From Planctomycetota bacterium (lineage in GTDB: Bacteria; Planctomycetota; UBA1135; UBA2386), in the NCBI GenBank assembly GCA_046290465.1, contig JBKAGP010000001.1:1280001-1344000 (forward strand): a stretch of DNA of 64,000 nucleotides, written 5' to 3'. Shown piece by piece: positions 57,687-64,000 of the stretch (positions are counted from its first letter, which is position 1; each line of letters opens with the position of its first letter). Below the pieces are notes generated by a model. That model saw only the letters and a list, made by a program, of their open reading frames with translations. It made no database searches and was not told the origin of the DNA. Made by a program: the position numbers and the translations under genes.

Positions 57687-58549
57687 AGGACACCATCCAG
57701 AAGGTCGACGAGATCCCGGTCACGCTGGTCGTGCTGCTCGCGTACGTGACGATGGCGTTCCTCACCGGGATCGTCGACTACGACATCGAGAAGCTCGACC
57801 AGTACGGCATGTTGCGGCCGTTCCAGGTCGCCGCCGGTGAATGGTGGCGGCTGTTTTCGGCGGCGTTCCTGCACCTGGGGCTGCTGCACCTGCTGATGAA
57901 CGGCATGAGCATGATCTCGCTCGGCCCCGAGCTCGAACGTTCGCTCGGTAGCGTGCGGTTCGCGCTGCTCTACCTGGTATCGGCGCTCGGCGGCCACGTC
58001 GCGGTCTGCTTCGTCTACGGCCCGTTCGGCGCCGTCGCCGGCGGCTCCGGCGCGCTGTTCGGCATGCTCGGCGGCGCCGTCGCGATGCAGATGCACACCG
58101 GCCGGCACGTGATGTCGTTCCTCGAGTTCGAGGGGCCGCGCAGGCTGCTGTTCACGATTGTGATCTACTTGGTCGCCGGCGCGTTCCTACCGTTCATCAG
58201 CAACACGGGGCACGCCGGCGGGCTCGTCGCCGGCTTCCTGGTCACCTACCTGTTCCTGGTGCCGCCGCGGGCGGGCGCGCGACGCCTGCTGGCGTGGCGC
58301 GTCGCCGCAGCACTGCTGCTCGCCGGGTGCACGTTCTACGCGCTGCGTCCGGTGACGCGCTACGAGTGGCTGTGGAACACCTCCCTCACCGAACCCGACG
58401 CGAACCGCGCCGAACGCATGCGCCGCGCCGCGCTCGTCTCCTACTTCGGCCGCAGCAACATCAGCGCGGCCGACCGCTGGACCTGGGATGTCGAGGTGCT
58501 CCGCATCGAACACGAAGGCGACGGCCCGCGACCTCTCGACGGCCGCTAA
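57683..58549 (+). CDS. Rhomboid-family intramembrane serine protease
   Basis: GEWWRL, FLHLGLLHLLMN, GGSGALFG (catalytic Ser), SNTGHAGGL (catalytic His). Confidence 0.9.
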   Translation: MKDTIQKVDEIPVTLVVLLAYVTMAFLTGIVDYDIEKLDQYGMLRPFQVAAGEWWRLFSAAFLHLGLLHLLMNGMSMISLGPELERSLGSVRFALLYLVSALGGHVAVCFVYGPFGAVAGGSGALFGMLGGAVAMQMHTGRHVMSFLEFEGPRRLLFTIVIYLVAGAFLPFISNTGHAGGLVAGFLVTYLFLVPPRAGARRLLAWRVAAALLLAGCTFYALRPVTRYEWLWNTSLTEPDANRAERMRRAALVSYFGRSNISAADRWTWDVEVLRIEHEGDGPRPLDGR

Positions 58550-60117
58550 CGCGCCGCGTGCGCCCGCAGCCGCCGCACGCACGCGTCCTTGCCGAGCAGC
58601 CACACGCAGTCGAAGAACCCCGGCCCCTTGCTGGTGCCGGTCAGCGCCGCGCGCACCGGGTGCACGAACTGGCCGAACTTGATGCCGAGCTCCTGGATCA
58701 GCGCGCGCGTCCGTTCGCCGAGCTGGTTGGGCGTCAGCACCGTCGCCTGCGGCTCGTCCCCCTCTTCGGGGGTCGGCAGCGCCACCGCCTCGTCCGCCCC
58801 GCCGCGGTCGCCGCCGAAGCTCGCCGGCAGATCGAGGCCTTCGAGCAGGTCGGCGTAAGCGGCCAACCACTTGGGCGCGTCCTCGTGCTTGCCGAGGTTC
58901 TTCTGCGCGGCCTCGTCCGGCGTCGGGTCGTCGAACAGCCAGCGCAGCTTTTCCGGCAGCTCCGACAGCAGCTGGATGCGTTCTTGGAACAGCGCCACGG
59001 CGTTGCGCACGAAGCCGAGGTTGCCGTCCCAGTCGGCGCCCCCGAGCAGCGGCTCGACGAAGCCCCGCCCCTTCTGCACGAACGTGTCGAGGCTCCACTG
59101 CCGGATGTACTCGCCGCACATCCAGTGCAGCTTGTCGACGTCGAACTTCGCCCCGGCCTTGCCGACGCTGCCGATCGCGAACGCCTTGACCATCTCGTCG
59201 CGCGTGAACACGTCGCGGTCGGCCGAGAAGCCCCAACCCAGCAGCGCGATGTAGTTGAACACCGCCTCCGGCGGGTAGCCGAGGTCGCGGTACTCGAGCG
59301 TGCTCTTGACGCCCGGATCGCGCTTGCTGAGCTTGCCGCCCTTCTGGTTGAGGATCAGCGGGATGTGCGCATACTGCGGGCACTCGTGACCGAGCGCCTC
59401 GAACAGCAGCCGCTGCTTGACGCCGTTGAGGAAGTGCTCCTCGCCGCGCACGACGTGCGTGATCTTCATGTCGACGTCGTCGACGACGCAGGCGAAGTTG
59501 TAGAGCGGCACCCCGCCGGGCCGCACCATCACCCAGTCGTCGAGCTGCCGGGTGTTGACCTCGACGTCGCCGCGGATCAGGTCGTGCACCCTGACGACCT
59601 CGTCGTCGGGCATGCGGAAGCGCAGGTTGGGCTGGATGCCCTCGGCCTCGCGCGCGGCGCGCTCGTCGTCGGTCATCTCGCGGCAGTGGCCGTCGTAGCC
59701 GAGGAACGGGCTCTTTTGGGCCTTCTGCTGCTCGCGCACCTTCTCGATGCGCTCGGGACTGCAGTAGCACCGGTAGGCATGGCCGCTCTCGAGCAGCTGC
59801 GCCGCCGTCGCCGCGTAGCGGTCGAGCCGCTGCATCTGGAAGTACGGCCCGAACTCGCCGCCGCCGCAGGTGCGATCGCCGGCGTCGAACTCCGGCCCCT
59901 CGTCCCAGTCGATGCCGAGCCACGCGAGGCCTTCGAGGATGATCTGCAGCGACTCGTCGGTGCTGCGCGCGCGGTCGGTGTCCTCGATGCGCAGCACGAA
60001 CGTGCCGCCGAGGCTGCGGGACAGGGCCCAGTTGTACATCGCCGTGCGCGCGCCGCCGAGGTGCAAAGGGCCGGTCGGCGACGGCGCGAAACGCAATCGA
60101 GGGGTCGGATGGATCAT
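58546..60117 (-). CDS. gltX: Glutamate--tRNA ligase
   Basis: RFAPSPTGPLHLGG, LRIEDTD, ITHVVRGEEH, KLSKR, VRAALTG. Confidence 0.95.
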   Translation of the reverse strand: MIHPTPRLRFAPSPTGPLHLGGARTAMYNWALSRSLGGTFVLRIEDTDRARSTDESLQIILEGLAWLGIDWDEGPEFDAGDRTCGGGEFGPYFQMQRLDRYAATAAQLLESGHAYRCYCSPERIEKVREQQKAQKSPFLGYDGHCREMTDDERAAREAEGIQPNLRFRMPDDEVVRVHDLIRGDVEVNTRQLDDWVMVRPGGVPLYNFACVVDDVDMKITHVVRGEEHFLNGVKQRLLFEALGHECPQYAHIPLILNQKGGKLSKRDPGVKSTLEYRDLGYPPEAVFNYIALLGWGFSADRDVFTRDEMVKAFAIGSVGKAGAKFDVDKLHWMCGEYIRQWSLDTFVQKGRGFVEPLLGGADWDGNLGFVRNAVALFQERIQLLSELPEKLRWLFDDPTPDEAAQKNLGKHEDAPKWLAAYADLLEGLDLPASFGGDRGGADEAVALPTPEEGDEPQATVLTPNQLGERTRALIQELGIKFGQFVHPVRAALTGTSKGPGFFDCVWLLGKDACVRRLRAHAAR

Positions 60118-60201
60118 CGTTCGGCGCAGCAGGATGGCGGATCGGCGCTTCGGATGGAACGGCTTTGCACCGCCGCACCCCGGTCGCGATCGCAGCGCCG
60201 G

Positions 60202-60813
60202 CTACGGGCGCATGCCCAGCAGGTCGAGCTGCCAGCTCCCGCCGGCCTGGCGCAGCACCGACAGCGACGCGAGCTCGACGCCGAAGGCGGTCTGCGGGGC
60301 GTGCTCGACCCCCAGCAGGGTGCGGATCGCGTGCTTGACGGTGCCGCGGTGCGCGACCAGCAGCATGTCGCCGCGCCAGTCGGTGGCGACCAGTTCGGTC
60401 ACCGCTGCCGCGACCCGTTCCGCGAACGCGCGCCGCGGCTCGCCGCCTGGAAACGCATCGACCCGGCCAGCCTCGTGCTCGCCCCAGAACGACGGGAACG
60501 CCGCGTCGATCTCCTCGCGCGTCATGCCCTCGGCATCGCCGAAGTGGATCTCGCGCAGCCGTTGGTCGACGCGCAGCAGATCGGCGTCGAGCGACAGGCC
60601 GTCGCGGAGCAGCTCCGCGGACTCGGCGGCGCGCGACAGCGGCGAGTGCACGACCTCAGCAAAACGCACTCCCGTCAACAGCGGGAGCAGGCCGCGGATC
60701 TGCTCGCGGCCGACGTCCGACAGCGGCACGTCGTTGCTACCGTGGTAGCGGATCGACGACTGGCCTTCGGTCTCTCCGTGGCGCACGAGCCACAGCCGCC
60801 GTTCGGACGTCAT
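60202..60813 (-). CDS. Histidine phosphatase (phosphoglycerate mutase-like) family protein
   Basis: LVRHGET, SPLSRA, LREIHFG, PGGE, VAH. Confidence 0.9.
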   Translation of the reverse strand: MTSERRLWLVRHGETEGQSSIRYHGSNDVPLSDVGREQIRGLLPLLTGVRFAEVVHSPLSRAAESAELLRDGLSLDADLLRVDQRLREIHFGDAEGMTREEIDAAFPSFWGEHEAGRVDAFPGGEPRRAFAERVAAAVTELVATDWRGDMLLVAHRGTVKHAIRTLLGVEHAPQTAFGVELASLSVLRQAGGSWQLDLLGMRP

Positions 60814-60913
60814 CGTTGGAACACGCCGACGGATCGGACCTGCGCGCAGGTCCTCCGGAGGCGTTCCGTCAGGTGGTTGCCGGAAAGGTCCAAGCTGGCG
60901 AGCGGACGGTCGC

Positions 60914-61903
60914 CTACTTGACCAGCTGCAGCACGATCACCGCGCCGATGCCGATCACGACGAGGCCGATGCCGACCAGCACCGCGCGGTTCCAGCCAGC
61001 GTGCTCCTGCACGACCCGCTGCAGGCGGTTGGACTGGTCTTCGTGCGTGCGCCGCAGCGACGTCAGACTCTCCTCGTTGGCGCGCTTCAGCTCGTCGACG
61101 GCGCCCTCCTGAGAACGGCTGATGTCCTTGGCCAGGCCCTCGAGCTCCTCGGTGCGGCGCTCGGCGAGCTGCTTGGCGGCCGACGCCTGCTGGTTGCTGT
61201 TGTCGACCATCTTGTCCATCGACGTGTGGATGCGATCCATCGTCGACTGGAACTCACGAACCGTGGCAGCGGTGCGCTCGTCGGTCTTGGCGGCGCGGTC
61301 GAGCGCCTTCTCGACGTTCTCGAGCAGCGACGGCAGCTTCGTCATCGTCGCCGACAGCTGCACGCCCAGCGCGTTCTGCTTGTCCATCTGCGTGGACAGC
61401 GCCTTGAGCGCCTCGAGCTGCTGCTGGCCGAGCGCCGGCATCGAGCTGGTCGCATCGACGATCTGCTGCAGCTTCTCGTCGTTGGCGGCCTGCGCGCCCT
61501 TCATCAGCTGCGCGAGTTCCTGGAAGTGGTGACCCACCGCCATCATCGCCTCTTCGCGGTCCGACATCTTGCGCGTCGAACGCGCCTCGGTCGGCTGGAA
61601 GGTCGACGACACCGCGTGCGAGTTGCCGTTGGTGCGCTCGGCCTCGACGCGCGACGCGGCCGGGTGCGGCTGGGCGGCGGGCTTGGCTGCGGGCTTGCCT
61701 GCTGGCTTGGCGGCCGCGTGCGGCTTCGTGCTGCCGCTCGACGTGCTGCCGCCGGAAGAGCTGCCGCCGGGCGAGCTGCTACCCGTCGTGCTGCGGTTGG
61801 TGGAAGCGGCGCGCTTCTCGGCGGCCGGCTTTTCGACACGGACACCGGAGCCACTGCCCCAGCGTTCCTTCAGACGTTGGAAGAACGATCCCTTGTTGAC
61901 CAT
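60914..61903 (-). CDS. Coiled-coil protein with a disordered N-terminus and a C-terminal TM anchor
   Basis: Ser/Pro/Ala-rich region, long heptad-rich helix, ends AVLVGIGLVVIGIGAVIVLQLVK. Confidence 0.75.
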   Translation of the reverse strand: MVNKGSFFQRLKERWGSGSGVRVEKPAAEKRAASTNRSTTGSSSPGGSSSGGSTSSGSTKPHAAAKPAGKPAAKPAAQPHPAASRVEAERTNGNSHAVSSTFQPTEARSTRKMSDREEAMMAVGHHFQELAQLMKGAQAANDEKLQQIVDATSSMPALGQQQLEALKALSTQMDKQNALGVQLSATMTKLPSLLENVEKALDRAAKTDERTAATVREFQSTMDRIHTSMDKMVDNSNQQASAAKQLAERRTEELEGLAKDISRSQEGAVDELKRANEESLTSLRRTHEDQSNRLQRVVQEHAGWNRAVLVGIGLVVIGIGAVIVLQLVK

Positions 61904-62118
61904 CGTGCGCCTCAACGCCGCGTGACCAAACGCAGCGTCCAGTAGTGCGAGGACCGGGACCCGTGGCACCGGAGACCATCCGGGTGCGAAATCCGCGGAT
62001 CGATGACCATGCCGGCCCTCGTCGACCCGCACGAAGCTACCGTAGATCCGGCGCAGCGGGAAGCCGCAGTTTCACCAAGCTTCCGACAGGACCGGCAGAA
62101 TCCACCGAGGATTCAGGC

Positions 62119-62146
62119 TTGAACTCGCGCGTCCGGTCGCTAGCTT
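62119..62146 (+). promoter_or_regulatory. Putative promoter of tRNA-Ala
   Basis: TTGAAC-N16-TAGCTT, about 65 bp upstream of the tRNA. Confidence 0.4.
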
Positions 62147-62210
62147 CTTCGCCCTCCTTCCGACTCCAGACGCCACGCGCGTCCGGCCGAAGAAGGAACG
62201 CAGTGCCGAT

Positions 62211-62286
62211 GGGGAGTTAGCTCAGTTGGTAGAGCGCCACAATGGCATTGTGGAGGTCAGGGGTTCGACTCCCCTACTCTCCACCA
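62211..62286 (+). tRNA. tRNA-Ala(GGC)
   Basis: 76 nt. Acceptor stem GGGGAGT/ACTCTCC with G3.U70, D arm AGCTCAGTTGGTAGAGC, anticodon arm CCACA-ATGGCAT-TGTGG, TTCGA loop and encoded CCA. Confidence 0.97.
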
Positions 62287-64000
62287 TTCAAGCACTGCGT
62301 CGGGAAAATCCTCAGGAGCGGCCATCAGGCCCCTGAAGGCACCGGGAAGCAGGAGTGGCGGCGATTCTGTCTCCTGCCTCCAAGCACGCACGACAACCAG
62401 CAGGCGCCTGAGAACTCCTCAAGTAGCCCTGAGCGATGTAGCAAATCGCGTAGCAAGGTCACGGCAGATCGTGACGGGGCCCATGCGGCTCCACGCTGAC
62501 CGAGATTCGACCTGTGGCAGTGCTGGCCTGTTGCCCACCGTGACCCACCCGAAGCCAGCACGCAAAACGGGCGCCAGAATGCAGGCTCTGCCGCTAGCAG
62601 CACTGCCCAGAGCTGCCGCCCCTCTTGCCGTGGCATGCGCCTTTCCTGCTTGGCGCTGACCCGTGCTTACCGGGAGCTAGCCGCGTTCCCGCTGGCATCA
62701 GCGCCATCCTCAGGCCCCGAGGGCCCCCGCGAAGCCGGGCCGTCCGACCGCTGAGCTGGCAGCCCGGGAAGCTCGAAAGATCCCGCGGGGCTGTCGCCGA
62801 CCACCGCTACCAGGTGGCGCCACTCGATGCTCTCGCAGCTGTCGCAGTCGCTGGAAGGGCATGGGGCAGGCGTTTGCTGTCATGCAGTGCCGGTCGGGAG
62901 GATGGTCTTCCGCGCCAAGCGGGCGGGCCAGCCCTCCACGGCCCACCAGTCCGGAGGACCTGCGCATCCGTGCTGCTGAATAGCGGGCTGCCCCCTCCGT
63001 TACTGGCCGCCACCAGGAAGAGTCACTCGATCTCGATGATGGAGTCCGCCTACGCGGGGCTGATTCGGCCGAGCCTGCTGAGTCGGGGGGACAGCCTGGA
63101 GGCCGTCATGGGAATCTGAGGGTGAAGGCCGAGCGGATCGCTTGGAGGGCCACCATGGAAAAGCCAGAGTGCTTCACGCCCACGGCGGTCCACGTGGCAC
63201 TCCGCCGGTGGTTTCAACGGGGGCCACCCGCGCTTCCTGAGCGGCCGAACCAGGGACCACGGGGCACCTCAATGCCCCTGGTGGATCGCAACGGTGCCCA
63301 GTGTGGCTCAAATGGCGTCGAGATTCGACCTGTGGCTGTGCTGGCCTGTTACCCGCCACGACCACGACACCAAAACTCGCCCGCGCGGACCGAGATACAG
63401 TCTCTGCCGCTTGCCGCACCGACAAGGGCTGTCACCGCTCTTGCTGAGGTTTGGGCCTGCCCTGTTGGCACTACCTCCCTACGCACAAGGAGCTTCCGCC
63501 GCTCCAAACACCTAACCCTCGCCAACGTGCCAGCACTGGCGCGACCCTCCGGAGCCTGAAGGCCCCAAGCGGCCTCGCTTGAGGCTGGGCATCACGCGAG
63601 AATCGCCCGACCGTTGCCTCAGAGGACAGCTAGTCAGCATCACCGCGCAACCGGCTCCGCAGTCCATAGGCGACCTCTGCGGCTTGATGAGTGGGAACCT
63701 CTAGTAGGCAGACATCAGCCCCAACGTTGATGCGATGAGGGACCCCTGCCAGCGATGGCCCAACCAATGCACGGAACGCCCCCAGATGACGCCTCTCACA
63801 GCCGGCCACGACTGCTCCAGCCTCGAAGGACCAGGGCATCCACTCGGCAGGCTTTCCGCAGCGCCCGATCGCGCCCTCGATACGCGGCTCCAGACTAGCT
63901 ACGCACCCACCAACACGCACCGCAACTAGGTCGACGCCCAACGTAGGACGGGCAACTGTGAGCACGGACAGGCCGCACTCACTCAAGACACCAACAAGCC
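62287..64000. mobile_element. Possible edge of a tRNA-integrated island or its decayed remnant
   Basis: Right after the tRNA 3' end the dense GC3-biased coding pattern stops and the sequence looks less GC-rich. No recognisable protein is encoded. No integrase is visible. Confidence 0.4.

Noticed and set aside
62211..62286. tRNA-Sec candidate near the sel genes
   Set aside because: The anticodon is GGC, it has the G3.U70 alanine determinant and a short variable arm. It is an ordinary tRNA-Ala.
62242..63986. Short ORFs after the tRNA as real genes or an integrase
   Set aside because: They lack the GC3 bias of the genuine genes, overlap each other on both strands, and show no tyrosine or serine recombinase motifs.

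Overview
High-GC bacterial chromosome segment, most likely from a Planctomycetota genome (inference from the NusA N-terminus and a PVC-type DUF1080/CxxCH heme protein). It is mostly housekeeping: guaBA, pgi, murA, asnS, nusA-infB-DUF503-rbfA, recJ, polA, hisS, gltX, an ABC-F ATPase and a DnaJ-like protein, plus transporters, c-di-GMP enzymes and secreted proteins. It ends with tRNA-Ala(GGC) followed by about 1.7 kb of apparently non-coding, island-like DNA. The strongest signal is selenocysteine recoding that the ORF track misses. selA and selD are adjacent, selD has an in-frame TGA at its catalytic G-U-A-A-K site, and a predicted lipoprotein rhodanese (18505-18909, minus) has TGA exactly at its catalytic Cys position. 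Both TGAs are followed by a SECIS-like hairpin. Other points of note: a DnaA-box cluster upstream of murA, a C-terminal domain shared by two unrelated secreted proteins, a recurrent TAnnnT-N6/7-ATG leaderless signature, an 82-bp palindromic tandem repeat after recJ, 14-15 bp tandem repeats at gene ends, a doubly frameshifted partner of an HD-GYP gene, and an uncalled 49-aa membrane protein after an NSS transporter. Start codons were chosen by eye and no database searches were run.
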